Assembly (NCBI RefSeq): GCF_964204645.1
Contig: NC_134029.1
Location: 21,880,950-21,944,949, forward strand
DNA length: 64,000 bases
Source: Tubulanus polymorphus
Taxonomy: Eukaryota > Animalia > Nemertea
Direction: 5' to 3'
Positions 27,601 to 40,503 of the stretch are shown here, one piece after another. The translations under genes were made by a program, and so were the position numbers. The notes beneath the pieces were generated by a model. The model was not told where the DNA came from, did no database searches, and saw nothing but the letters and a program-made list of their open reading frames with translations. Numbering within the stretch: position 1 is the stretch's first letter; the number at the start of each line of letters is the position of its first letter.

Positions 27601-30600
27601 GCCACATCAGTGGGCTTACAAAAATGATCAATACCTTCACCAGGTTTAAAAGCTTTGCCCAGTACTAGGGTTGGTTCTTCTTTTCCTTTTGGTATCTTAA
27701 AAACCTATAATTGAATAAGACTCGGGTGGTAGATCAAATCAAGCATAAAACATACGATTAAATTGGTCAATAATGTTTTTTCCAACTTAGAAAATCAATA
27801 GAATCGAGTCAGTTCCACAGTTGTAAGTCGGATTAAACTCTTGAATGAAAATCAGTTCATTTTCAATGCTTTACTCGGGAACTGTGAAACCAGGTCCTGA
27901 TTTCAATTTACGAAAAGAGGTACCTACTTGATGAAGGGCAACGTCTGTCAACCAGAGATTATCTTCATTATCGATATGTAATCCATGAGGCATGTAGAAT
28001 CTGTTTTAAAAAAATTGAACCTCCACGAATAGCACCAAGAAATTATGGATAGACTTCTTCAGAAGCATTCATCAACTTTCACATAGAAAATTACCTGTTC
28101 TTTCCGAATTCTTTTACAAAATTACCATTTTTATCCATAACAATAATGGTATTCATTTTCACAGGCTCTTTTTCCATGAATTCATTGTTCTGATTGAATG
28201 ACCTGAAAATGACCACGAACATGTTACTGATAGTTTTGTAGAAACAACTCTCGCAATAAATACAATACTAGTAGAAAGAAATATTACATTGCATTCCAAA
28301 CACGTGTTCCTCTGTGGAATATGTAGACATTTTCATGAGAGTCGCAAGCTACACCGGCTACTTGACCTAGTTTCTTGTCATCGGGTAATTTCGGCCAATC
28401 AGCAACAAACTCTAAGGCTATAAATAGAAGCAATCAAATTTTCAAAATCTTTCAAATTAAGCAGTCCATCAACCGAAAAATGGTTAATCCATAAATCTGT
28501 ATTTCCAACTGACCATCCAATTTTATCATTCAACGTAGTTCTATTTGGCGTGTACGTGACCCCAGAGAAGCATCGAAGCATTTAAAATCAAAGCAATCAA
28601 ATGAATAACAGGGACAATCTGTTGTGTGCAAAGATTCTCATTCTGCGAGGGATAAGCTAAAATTTTTTCAGGGTACAAATCAATCGTCAAAACTCAATCG
28701 TTATTTGTTGCTGGACGAATGAAGTCATGCACGCAGAATTCAGAATACAGTTGTGCACAACAATTCACAGCGATGGGGTACCGGCACACCAGCTATCGCG
28801 TCAGAGGGCGCCACTAAGATATCAGATGTATTCAAGTGTTAACTAAACAAGATATATCTTCAGGAAAGTTCCTTAGGAACTCCTGGTTTTAAGTTCAGAT
28901 AGAAATGGTCTCAAATATTGTGTCAGTTGCGAAAATTTATCATACTTTACTTTTACTCAAACTAAATTAGTTCATTTTCAAACAACTCTAATCTAAATTT
29001 TTGTTTTGGCCGTCCAATCCAAAAATAAGCCCGATCAAGCATCCAGATGGAATCAGATTAAACTTCAGAGTTCACATGTGGCATGACTTTCATCTGTTAC
29101 ACGTAGAATTTTAGAAATCATTGGTTAATTGAGTAGAAGAAGGAATCCAGCCGACCCGGTGGAATTCCACTTGCTGCAGTTACATTTGCCGGTACCCGAT
29201 TCATAGATGAACAACACGAAACGTGACAGAAAAATGCAGACAACAAATGTTAACAACAAACTCGACTCACGAGTTACTGGTGCAGACATTGCTGGTCCTC
29301 TAGGCAGTAATACATTATCCCGTTGTTGAATTGGCAGCCGTCCCTTTTTAGGCTGAATGCGTGAACTCTTGCGTAAGCTTTGTGAATTGCCACCACCACC
29401 ACCACCACCACCACTACCACCACCAAACCTAACACCTTCTTTCGATACACGATTCGATGCCGATGAACGCGTCCACTGACCGTCGCTGTCGTCCGAATTC
29501 GCGTCGTTATAATTAGCATCGCCGCGACCGTTATAATTCAACATACTCGTATCGAACACGTTCTTCGTACTCGACGGGTAATACGACGGACGACGACTGC
29601 GACTTCGCTGATTCGATACGTAATAATAGTCGTCGTTATTGTTCGCGTAGTCGCGGTTACCGTACGGATAGTCGTTGACGGCGTCGTCGTACGTCGAATC
29701 GTAATTGGCGCGATTCGTCGAATCGGCGTAACGAGTATTACCTAATGAACTGGTGTCGCGCGCCGGTATGCCGTGTTTAGAATCGTACTCACCGCTTGTA
29801 AGCTTCATGTGTTTAACCGGTTGAGTCTCGGGAACGACTGGTTTTCGTTCGGCTTTTTCGACGTCTTCAAGCGTAGTATCGACATCGTCGGGAAAGTGCG
29901 CCGTGTATCCTCTGTAGTTGTTACTGTCGCACTGCCAGAACGTCGATGCCGAGTTCGTATTCTTCGTGTAATACATCATATAAAAGTTGCACATCTCGTC
30001 GTTATGCGTAGCTCTGTAATAGATGAAATAAACCCCTGTAATTCGTCCGACCAACCAACTATATCTGTACTTGATTTACGATTTTTATAATCAAACTTCC
30101 ATGCGGTTTGCAGAAGTCTGCTGGGTTTGTAAGGGTTGCCATATAAGCATCAAAATAATTCAAATCAAATCATTCAAACAGGGAAAATCCCTATTTTAAG
30201 ATCTCGAAAAATGGTCGAAATCCCAGACAAAATTGACTTGCCTATTAAAACAAACAAACATAATATGACAGATAAATATTATCTTCCGCCTTACGAATTT
30301 ACACTATTTTCAATCTTACCCGATATGTGTCACTCTATTTCTCCCCATAGAATTATAATCACATCTCGCAGCCTGAATAAAAAAAAAACATCATACGGAA
30401 TAGTAAGTTTCCGGTTAAATGAGCTAAATTTGTGGTGTGAGTGTGTGTTGAATAATTACTCACCAATATATCACCTTGTTTGACCGTAATGTCTTTTTTT
30501 ACGGGATAAAACGCCTGGAATACAAAGTATAATAACGTATATATGACGATATGATGAATGATGTGACGAACATCTACGGTTAATTTGATAAACACAGTAC

Positions 30601-33600
30601 AGATACGAATGGAAATCATTTATTGAGATTACCTGAGCCCTCTGGGGATCGCCTTTCCCTATTTCTGTCCAATTTTTAGTCGACACACTATACGCATAAC
30701 CAGTTATTACCTTTCCTGTAAAACGCATAAATTCTCGATGACATAATGTTTTTTTTTTTATTTATCAAATTTCCCACCGGTCATCGTAATCATCGGAAAG
30801 GCCACGTTTCTACAATTCGAAGCCGGTAATCATTTCGAAAGATACCTAATGAATGAGCATGAGTTCTGTATCCGAATGGATGGATTTCTTTGTTGTCGTG
30901 ATATTGACAGCTTACATCGACGGGATACACTGTAAAAACGAACAAAATATATACCGGTAATACAGACATGTTTCTCATTTCATCATTTTCTTAATTGAAT
31001 ATTCGCTTTGATACTAACTTTCTGTATTTGCAGGAATATAAGCAGTTGTTGCAAGCAATAGCGCGATACCAGCTATATTTGGTTGGCGTTCCTTCGTCAT
31101 GATAACATCGATACCAGTCCTATCCGGCCCTTCGCCTTCTGTTCATAGAAAACCTCAAGTATTCATTTCAAACGATCGCAGAATTCATAACCTGTAATAT
31201 ATATATATATGACCTACGTACCGGTGAAAGCTCTTGCATAATGTACTTGCAATACGAGATATCGAATTCCATTTTTCCCTCCTCCGACTCTAAACCCAAC
31301 ACCTGCAAACGAGAGCGAATGAAGTAAGTGTAGGTATCATTTGAAAATATATGATAGTATTTTAACTGGATAATACATTGGACTCATAATAATTGACATA
31401 TTCATCTTCCACCTGGGAGATATGAACATTGCATTAAGGAATATATTTATATACTCGGAGGCTAGTGCTACAAATGAATTCTATTGAGCAAATATAAAGC
31501 AGTGTAAGATTGTGTCGATGTGTCTCGCGAGGATAATAAGATTCGTCTGCCAAAACGGTAATTGTTTTCCGCGCAGATTTTATCATGCGCTTGTCGCAGC
31601 TCGAGAATGAAGTCAACACAAATCCCTTCGTAATGACGTTTCGCAAAGTTGAATGACAAACGCTCGATCGAGCCTACGATACTTATCCGTACGCCTCGAA
31701 AATCAAGATAGTCGTCACTTCTAAAACGGCTCGACATTGTAAATATAAATGAATTTTGATAGCTTGAACGATACATAGTCGATCGACAGCTATCTAATAA
31801 CCTCAAATCATAATATAGTGAATGAATTAGTTGGCTCAGTAATACAGCTGTTGAGCACGGATTGAATCACTAGGATGTAAAGAGCGCCTCACAAACTGTT
31901 CGACAAAAATCTATAGTGAATAACACCCTTTAAAATGCGCATTCACCAGATCGATAACCATAGAACTGATCAAAAGGGAGATAAACATTGATTAGCCTAA
32001 CAGATGTTGCTGACGCTGGTGCAAATAAAATTTCTATATCATTGGATATCCGAACGAGAGACCCGAAAATAGAATAAAAACGGTCGAAAAGTTTTGTAAC
32101 AAGTGAACTTAATATTGAAATTGATTACGAACACCGGATCGAATGCAGACGTACCTTTCTTCAAATTTAAAGGCGGAGCATCTCTTGCCCAGGCGTACAA
32201 GACTTCAGCTCTGTTATAGGGACATATATTTCCGCAACCGCTGAAAACGAGTTAATGATATTCGATTTACTAATAGAAAACATCTGTTCGACGACGACGT
32301 TTTCTAATTTATCATAACATACCTTGACGTATGCGGTTGTGAACTGCAGCCGAACAGTAAAACGTGATGCGCCGTGCTCATATTCGCCTTCGGTTCAAAT
32401 CCAACTGATCGTTTGTTGATAGAACAAATTTACGATTTTTAATTGTGAAATAGAAATACGAATGTAATAGATTACGCAGATATTTGAGCTTACTGATATA
32501 TCTTTCATCCGATTCACCGAGCATCAGAGACTTTGACGTACATTTGTAAGTTTCCTGCGAAAGAGAAAATCGCACCGGTTTTATAACAATATAGGGTTAA
32601 ATAATATAATCCACGACTGATAGATATACTCATCAAAACAATTCAAGAGAATAAGTCGAGCAGGAACCTACAGGACTACAGACTTGAAATTTGAGGAGTA
32701 TTTGAAGGGCTCTGAAGGCATGATCATTGAAATTCGAGGGGCGTTTATAAGATCAACTATAAGCTTCCAAGATAATTATGAATGAAAGCCTAGCCCGATG
32801 CATTTTAGCCCACGGTAACTAACTATATTTTTCTAAATAACTATCGAATAAAACACTCATCTACCGTGTAAACAGTAAATGAATGTAGACATCCAACTAT
32901 TGAATTCAATATGATAGGATTCTATCGTGGGATTTCTTCATTTCTTCATTGCGGCCTCCAATTTTTTAGTCGGTCACTTGCGAGACCGGGTTGCGGTTGG
33001 ATTGGTATATTGATTCAGTATCTAATCTCATTTATTGCCAGCTTTCACAGCCAACGACTTCTTTAATCCGCGAATATTGATTAGACGTCTAACCCTAAAG
33101 AAATGGCGTGCGCACAGTGTCTACATCCATCTCCCCTCACAGCGTATAGCGCGTATATGTATAGAAGGGATGGTTGTCACGACACGAGGATTTCTAGTGT
33201 TATCCCATTATTCCTTATTACTTCTTATCATGACAACTCGTATATCAAAAGCTGGATTACTACGATATGATTCTTTGTTCAAGGCGGCCTTTGATGTCGC
33301 AAAAGCGATAACTGAACTTCGAAATACATTTCTTTTATGTCGCCATCAATCGTGCGCTAGTCAGAAAATTGAATTACTGTAACCATCGAATATGAGATAT
33401 GGAACCCTTGAGTAGTAAAACCCTTAAATACACTTAAAACCGTACTAAGAGCGAAAAAGCCATAAAAGGCGACTGGCAAATAATGAATAACATATACTCG
33501 GTAAAATAGGCACATAATCACCAGTTAATCCCATTGTAATACATCATATGGAAAAGTTATTATACACAATTTAAGCAGATTAACCAGTTAAAATGCAATC

Positions 33601-33915
33601 GAGCACATTAAGTATTAGCATAGTATTACTGTTAGTTACCAATCGACACGATTAAAAATTCAACGCCAAAGCCATGTGAACGCAATAAGCTTCATAACAC
33701 AGTCATCGCTATTCTTCGTAAGCTTGGTATGTCCTTATTTGGATTAGAAACCGGCCTACCTCAGTCGGCACAATACCAGGCATTCTTATGGAGAGCCTCT
33801 GTTTCAGGGTCGATGTATCCGTCAGCGAGTTCGGTTTCGCGGGGACAGCATCGCTTCTCGAAGCGGAGGACAGCACAATCAGAATAACGCAAACACAGCT
33901 GCCGAACATCATCAT
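24662..33915 (-). CDS. PAM: Bifunctional peptidyl-glycine alpha-amidating monooxygenase (signal peptide, PHM, linker, PAL, TM, cytosolic tail), >20 exons
   Basis: Signal [19 protein letters not shown] copper ligands in [26 protein letters not shown] and [14 protein letters not shown] motifs [81 protein letters not shown]. Tail [12 protein letters not shown]. Confidence 0.95.
24945..25141. mobile_element. GGCGGATCC-type TIR element in the last PAM intron; relatives at ~43660-43802 and ~59110-59322
   Basis: AAGGCGGATCTAGG ... CCTAAATCCACCCTT inverted ends; similar end CCTGGATCCGCCCCTG at 43786-43800. Confidence 0.6.
27809..27899. mobile_element. Short MITE family with CAGTTCCACAG...CTGTGGAACTG ends; further copies at ~51880-51993 and ~52445-52543
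   Basis: Shared inverted termini and similar internal AT-rich sequence in three places in the window. Confidence 0.6.
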
Positions 33916-36886
33916 CACTGATTTCTTTTCACGACTGAAAAAAAAAACCAAAATGTTTTCGGTAATAGAGGGAAAACCCGAATGAATAAACGACCACGTC
34001 ATTTAGTGTTAGGTAAATAAATATCTATGAGAAGCTACCGGGGCCTACAGCACTAGGTAGGAAACAGGATATCAAACTAAAAACCTTTACTCAAGCACTC
34101 TGTTTATCCACTTAACATTTTTCATATTATACAACGACAATATCGAGATACGATAAAACACACCAATATATTTGTGGTTCTAAAATACCTGTTCTTCAGT
34201 AAAGCATTACAAGAACAGAAATTACTGTACAGTCAAACCCCTCATAATTCTGAGATCGGTTTAATCTGAATTCAATCTTATCTGGATAACATTAACGGCC
34301 CATTTATAGACTACATTAATGCATGTAGAATATGAAATTCAATCAGGATTTTTAATAAACCAGATGAATTTCATCAGCCCCAATTTATCGGAATTAAACA
34401 TGTCTACTGTGTATCAGCTGATATGAGCTGAAAAGTATGAACAAAATATATTCATATTTCCACAAAATTTTAGTGAAGACACCATGATTTCCACGATGCT
34501 CAGTAATTTCTTGTAATATATCGATAGCTGATATGGAAAAAATGATCAGAAAATCACGCCCTAATGATTCAATCCGGAATTGAATTCACTAAATTATAAA
34601 AACAGAGCTACATCTCTGATGCAATGGGAAGAATGCAGCAGTTAGATCAGGGAAAAGGAGACTGAAATTATAAAATATGGTATGGAATAATGTAAAATCA
34701 AGCATACCTATGTTCTGCCATCACGTTGAGAATATGCTCAACAGCCAGCTGTTTTACTTAGAACCATTCCGTCCATTTATCATTGATCTCTCTCTCTCTC
34801 TCTCTCTCTACCTGCCTAGAAAGAAAAAAGGCTCAAATACAACAATGGTGAACGTAACATATGGCATACGAAAATTAACACTTTATTAACAGCATCAGTA
34901 TAGTGAGGGAAAAATAGAGGATTATACATTCACAACAATGGACAAGGAAATGAATGAACCTTTTGTGATGCATGTGTCAATTACTATGTTATCAATTATC
35001 ACCTAATGCCTATCAACAGACTAAATACAATGAAATTGTAGGCACTGTCAGAAATTGTGAATAATGGCAAGCGCATTACTGTGATTTACCAGAGTTTTTG
35101 AGATGTTAGGTCATGCGCTCATAGCAAACATGGAATTTCAACGAAAAAGAGTTGACCAGCTACTAAGTAATTTCTCAAGTCAATCGATCAGAAAATCAGG
35201 ATCAAAAATTCTATTTCTATAGAAATAATGTTACGAATCCTGGGTGAAATGTATTACTATCTAATCAGGGATTCGCTTAGCATTAAATGAACGTACACCT
35301 TAATTAATTCAGTGACTCTGCGCTTAAAAACATCTCAAAGAAAAAATATCCGCTGAAGTCCACGCGCAGATGATTAAGGTTTTAGAGGCATTGAAAATGT
35401 TACACCTATCATATTGCCACCTATTCAGTTTTAATCGTCCTTTTAATTCACTGCCAATTATCGATTAGAGTAGCATGGACACATAGAACATGATAATTAC
35501 CCCATCATATGTTTGACATTTCGTGAGCTCGAGAATTATGTCCATACGATAATGGAAATCTTTGACTCCCACATCGAAAACTGGCGCATATTCAATAGAT
35601 CGAATAAAAACACTTACGTAGCACGAATAATACGAAACCGATCGAGATTTTAAGCGTGTCAAATTTGATAATAATTTCCTATGTAACGTCGACACGAGGC
35701 GACCATTCCTGGCTCGCTTCAAATCAATCAATACCATCCAACGATGATGTCATACGCACAGCTAAGCTATAACAACTACGCGCGATGCAAATATAACGCC
35801 AAACTCTATGTGACAGTGTAGTAGGTTAGCTGGTACTGTTGCCTGCTGCTGATGATGGAGATAACCCATCACATTACTAGGCAACAGTAGGGAAGGCAGG
35901 TTGGCCACTGCGGATATTATTGCATAGTAAAGGCCTAAAGAGAGGCATAATAGATATAACCAATTAGACAACCAATTAAAGGACCATCATATTTAATACC
36001 TGTATCATAGTCTACGGAGTGAAATTATTATTATTAGCCATGGTATCTGTACTAAAATTCACGAGCTATCACAATTTTTTTCTTAATATTCTAAAAGTGT
36101 TTTTGCTATCTTTTTAGTATTTTTCCTGGGGCAAGATCAATGAACATTTAAATTTGTTCGTCCCATTTCAAGTCTTGTCTGTTCTAGAAATTGTAAATTT
36201 GCACTCATCTTGCTAGAATTAAAACCAAAAAAATACTAAAACCCCACACATAGAACCCCATATCAGAAAAAGGGTTTTTTATTCCACGGAAAATAAAAAC
36301 GTGTGTCTTTATATAAAATCTTATCATTTTTACATTAGGCCTTATCAAATTTCATGCATTCATGTTGTGCAATCATGTTTTGATTCAGCAGTTTTAATAA
36401 GACGGGAATTAAAACCGTTTCGGAGGTAGTTTCATTAAGAAGGTGAGCTGAATATCATCACGACACAATTACTACAGAGAATATTTGGTTAAGAAGCCGA
36501 AAGTTGTCTCCATGTACGATTTGACGTTTTGGTCAGCATTGTGGCTTTACAATCATTGTCATTTATCAAATGTGACAAGTTCCTATGGTTTGCTTCGTTT
36601 TTAAATCAGTTTATAAAGAATATTGAAGCCAGACCAAATTCCACAGAGTCAGAGTGAACAGAAAACTAGTGTCTAGTACGACTACGTGACGCATCTCCTC
36701 GACTCGGCTCGACTCGACTCGACTTCTTCCCAGGTCGGCGTTTCGTAAGTCTCCTTTTGCTCTGCTCCGCTCAATACTATTGTTGGATGGAGCCTCTTTT
36801 GTTTGGTTTGTTTTAAGGAGAAATGGAGAGAGGAGGAATACATGCGCCGTCAAACTAATTAATCTCTGTAACCTAAATAAACTTAC

Positions 36887-37161
36887 TTATTTACATATAA
36901 ATCCGATCCAATTTTCAGTACATTGGCATTTGACGTCGTTTAGACAATGTGGCGCCATCTATAGGAAAAAGTAAACTATAGGAGTGCTCCGATGTTTTTA
37001 TCGTTCTCAAATACTACTAAACCATCCACTATTCATCGCTTCCGAAATAATTTAGTTATAGTGAAGCTGAACAATTTTGTTAAATTATTTTACAAGTAAT
37101 ACACTGGGCAATTTGTATCCAGCATTTCGATTTTGAATTCACATTTTTTCAAGCAGCACAA
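36887..37161. promoter_or_regulatory. Putative shared promoter and non-coding first exons of PAM (-) and CCDC124 (+)
   Basis: Minus-strand donor GTAAGT at 36886-36881, plus-strand donor GTAAGA at 37162, and a central TGGCGCCATCTATAGG motif. Confidence 0.45.
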
Positions 37162-37452
37162 GTAAGAAGAATTTTCAGAGAAAAAAATTTTAATTAATGC
37201 TTCTTTAAATGCTTATAACCTGCTGCTGAAATACTATCCTGAATCCAACACCACAGCCATCAGACAGAGACAGATAATAATTTAATTTTTAGATACATTA
37301 CGCCCTGCCTACTGCCCACCTCTGCTCTGTCTGGTTTTCTTATAGTTTTCATTTTAAAACTTACATATCTCTATTTTTTGAATTTTCATTGACAGATGTT
37401 TGGTAACGACTGCTAACAGGAGAGCTGGAGAGGTGGTCAATTGAAAATAATC

Positions 37453-38109
37453 ATGCCTAAGAAATTCCCCACTGAAAATTCGAAAGCAGCAGCTGCACGT
37501 GAGAGGAAACAAGCCAAGAAATCCGAGGAGGCCGATCGACAAAAAAAAGCCGAAGATGACGCGTACTGGGCAGATAACGACAAACACGTAACGCGAAAAC
37601 AAAACCGAAAAGATGAAAAAGATAAAAAGAAGCAGGAACAACTACAGAAAAAACAAGAATTGAAAAAGTTACACGACGAAGAAATGGAATCCGTTAAGGG
37701 CAAAAGTGCACCAGCAGCGACAACGAAAGTGACTAGAGCTCAGGTGGAAGAGTTCCGACGAAAAGAGGCCGAGGCCGCTATGAAGAAGAAACAACAAGCG
37801 GAACGGATTGTAAGCGTTGATGATATGCCTCTCGAAGAGAACGTGAATAGATTAACGATTGACGGTAGTGAAGCTCGTAATGTCGATGAAGCTATCACCG
37901 TTCTGGGAGATAAGGACCAATCGGGAATTGACCGTCATCCGGAGAAGAGAATGAAAGCCGCCTACACCGCGTTCGAAGAAGAAAATCTGCCGATATTGAA
38001 GCAACAGAATCCAAACATGCGATTGTCGCAGTTGAAGCAAATGCTTAAAAAAGATTGGATGAAATCGCCACAAAATCCGATGAATCAGCGTTTGCAGGCT
38101 CAGCATTGA
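37453..38109 (+). CDS. CCDC124: Coiled-coil domain-containing protein 124 (Lso2-like ribosome-binding factor), single coding exon
   Basis: MPKKF..ENSKAAAARERK, EDDAYWAD, EARNVDEAITVL, DRHPEKRMKAAYTAFEEENLP.LK..NPNMRLSQLKQMLKKDWMKSPQNPMNQ. Confidence 0.95.
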   Translation: MPKKFPTENSKAAAARERKQAKKSEEADRQKKAEDDAYWADNDKHVTRKQNRKDEKDKKKQEQLQKKQELKKLHDEEMESVKGKSAPAATTKVTRAQVEEFRRKEAEAAMKKKQQAERIVSVDDMPLEENVNRLTIDGSEARNVDEAITVLGDKDQSGIDRHPEKRMKAAYTAFEEENLPILKQQNPNMRLSQLKQMLKKDWMKSPQNPMNQRLQAQH

Positions 38110-38449
38110 AGCTGTATTTGTTTTCCTATTTTTATGTGTAAGAACTGTTTTCTTGTGATCTTTAGATTGTGAAACCTTTTTAAATTGACGGTTGTTATAT
38201 ACTAAAACCCTTAAGCTACATTCCAAAACGATATTTAGAACGGTCTCAATTTGGCCGATTCCAATTTGGAATGGAGCAAGCTTTCACACTTAGCGAAAAG
38301 TCTGGTTCACTTTTAATTAGTCTATTCCATTTTAGAAATTGTCAATGCGTTTGAGACCATTCAAATTTGGACCTAAAAGACCGATTTGTTATCTCAAATG
38401 TTAGATATATTTTTTTGATACGCGTTTGTTTCTTCTTTTTACATATGTT

Positions 38450-38606
38450 CAGTAGACTCCTCTCAAGTCAGAACTAATCAACTCGGATATTTGTTGAAAA
38501 CTTTTTTGTTATGACAGTTTTTATGAAATACATAACATCCAACTAACTCTTGATGTCGGACACATTTTCGGGATCCCAAAAGATCCCACTTCAGCGGAGT
38601 CTACTG
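38450..38606. mobile_element. Tc1/mariner-type MITE, same family as 51172-51267
   Basis: CAGTAGACTCC..TCAAGT ... ACTTCAGCGGAGTCTACTG inverted ends. Confidence 0.65.
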
Positions 38607-40503
38607 TTTATTGTTTTATAAAAGTTTTTGTTATTGAGTTATGGAATCGAATTTTGATTTCTCTTTTCAGGATCGCGTTCGCTACTGGTTGCGTTCTTTG
38701 CTGGTATGGATGTCCAGAAATCTTCTTGACCCGAATCTGATTATGGAGACGCATTATTTATGAGTGTTCTTGATTTCTAAGCAGAAACTTATTTTGTGTA
38801 TAATCAAATTTGGTCGAAAAATGATTTAGTTTATAGAAAAAAGTGCATTAATCTTTTTTCATAATGTAATTTCCCCTTGTGCTAAGTTCGATGTTTGTGA
38901 ATGTAAAACGTGAATATAATAAAAAATACTTTAATAAATAAACCGCATCTTTCAATTTGCGCGCGTCTGATGAACGAGAATAATTGGGATTCGAACCGAC
39001 TACCCGAAAATGCTGGCTCGAGGATTTCGAGGCGGGTTATTCGGTGTTGTCGACAAACGCGTGTCGTGAATATCGCTGAGAAGACAGTTTACACATTTAT
39101 GGGTTTAGCAACAAAATTTACTACAAGCGCAAGCAATAAATCAAACAATTATCGAGATTATTGTGATAGTGATCCTTAAGTCAAATAGTAATAAAGCAAT
39201 CAATAGACAATTAATTTGAATACCTAAAATAACTGTTTTGACGATCATGCATTTTGTTTTTCAATGTGACGATTAAAGCCCAACGCACACGGCAAAAAAT
39301 TTGTTTCTTCATAGTGTAGCGTCCTCTTAACGTTTTCACTGGAATGACGATCGCATCGAAACTTTGTGGGCTTCAATAAACCTTCAATTTCTTGAACTTT
39401 TAGTCTCCATATAGCAGCGCCTAAACAGTGTTCCCAGTCTTTGTTGGATAAGTCTCCAGTGATAATGATTGTCGGCGTGCTTTAAAAAAACTTTATTTTC
39501 ATCAAAGAAATTCTAGCATGTAAGTTTAGTGATAATGTCAATAATAGTGAAATCATTCTACGAACCGCTACACAAAAATGTGTGAGCGATGATATTTCAC
39601 GCTACGAAGACACATTTGAAAAATTAGAGTACAGTTCCGTCATTTCGTTTTGCAAAATGTGTCAGAAAAATAGATAAACATGGATTCTAATATGTTTTAG
39701 ATCCCCTGATTTGAAATAAAAGCGTGTAAAGGCATAAACACACAATTAATTTCTACGATCCATGAACATAACCGCCAGAAAATATGAGTTCGTTCACAGA
39801 TGGTTGATTGCAACTATTGAATTTGACAATGAAATTATTTCTTCAGTACTTATAGTTCTTATACTATATACAAGGGTTAATTACAATGCCCACTAGAATG
39901 TGAAACATATATATTTATACATAATGAATTGACTTATAGCAGTACGTACTAACCAGACGAAACTTGACCAGTTGAAGGTATGTATGAAGCATCTACTCAG
40001 CCAAAAATTCAGAATAAAATCAATTTGAAAAGATTTTTTTGTAAAAATGATTAATTCAATAAGCTGAGATAACTGAGATACACTTTTAAACGTGCAGATA
40101 TTTCCATGTTATTCCACTTTTAATATCATTATATTTTGTAATCGAAAAGGTCACAATATCGACTGGCATGTTATGTTTTGACGGGTAAATTTCATGCTTA
40201 AGTTTTGACGGATAAAATATGAATCTTTTACTGATAGAATATAAAAGTTTGGCAGGTAAATTTGATATTGTATTTTTACAGTATATCTATGCCGTAACGC
40301 TACTAATTGATAATTTTGTCAGGTACATGATTTCTTGCACTTTTCATTCGTTTTATTTGCGAAAATGTCATTTCTATGGCCAGGCCTGCGCATACAACAT
40401 CATTAAATAAAGTTGTGTCCGACATTTAAACACGACTTAAGTATAGTCTCAAGAAGCTTCGAGGATGTTAGTGGTTTATTCATTGAAAACGTTACTTTTT
40501 AGA

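Noticed and set aside
29425-29440. RFamide-like 'VRFG' in the PAM linker
   Set aside because: Followed by poly-Gly rather than a basic cleavage site, so it is not a standard amidation signal.
37354-38226. Minus-strand hydrophobic ORFs overlapping CCDC124; similar antisense ORFs over lamin, PAM, SMSr, PCED1 and OTUD7
   Set aside because: Antisense shadows of real coding exons with no independent support.
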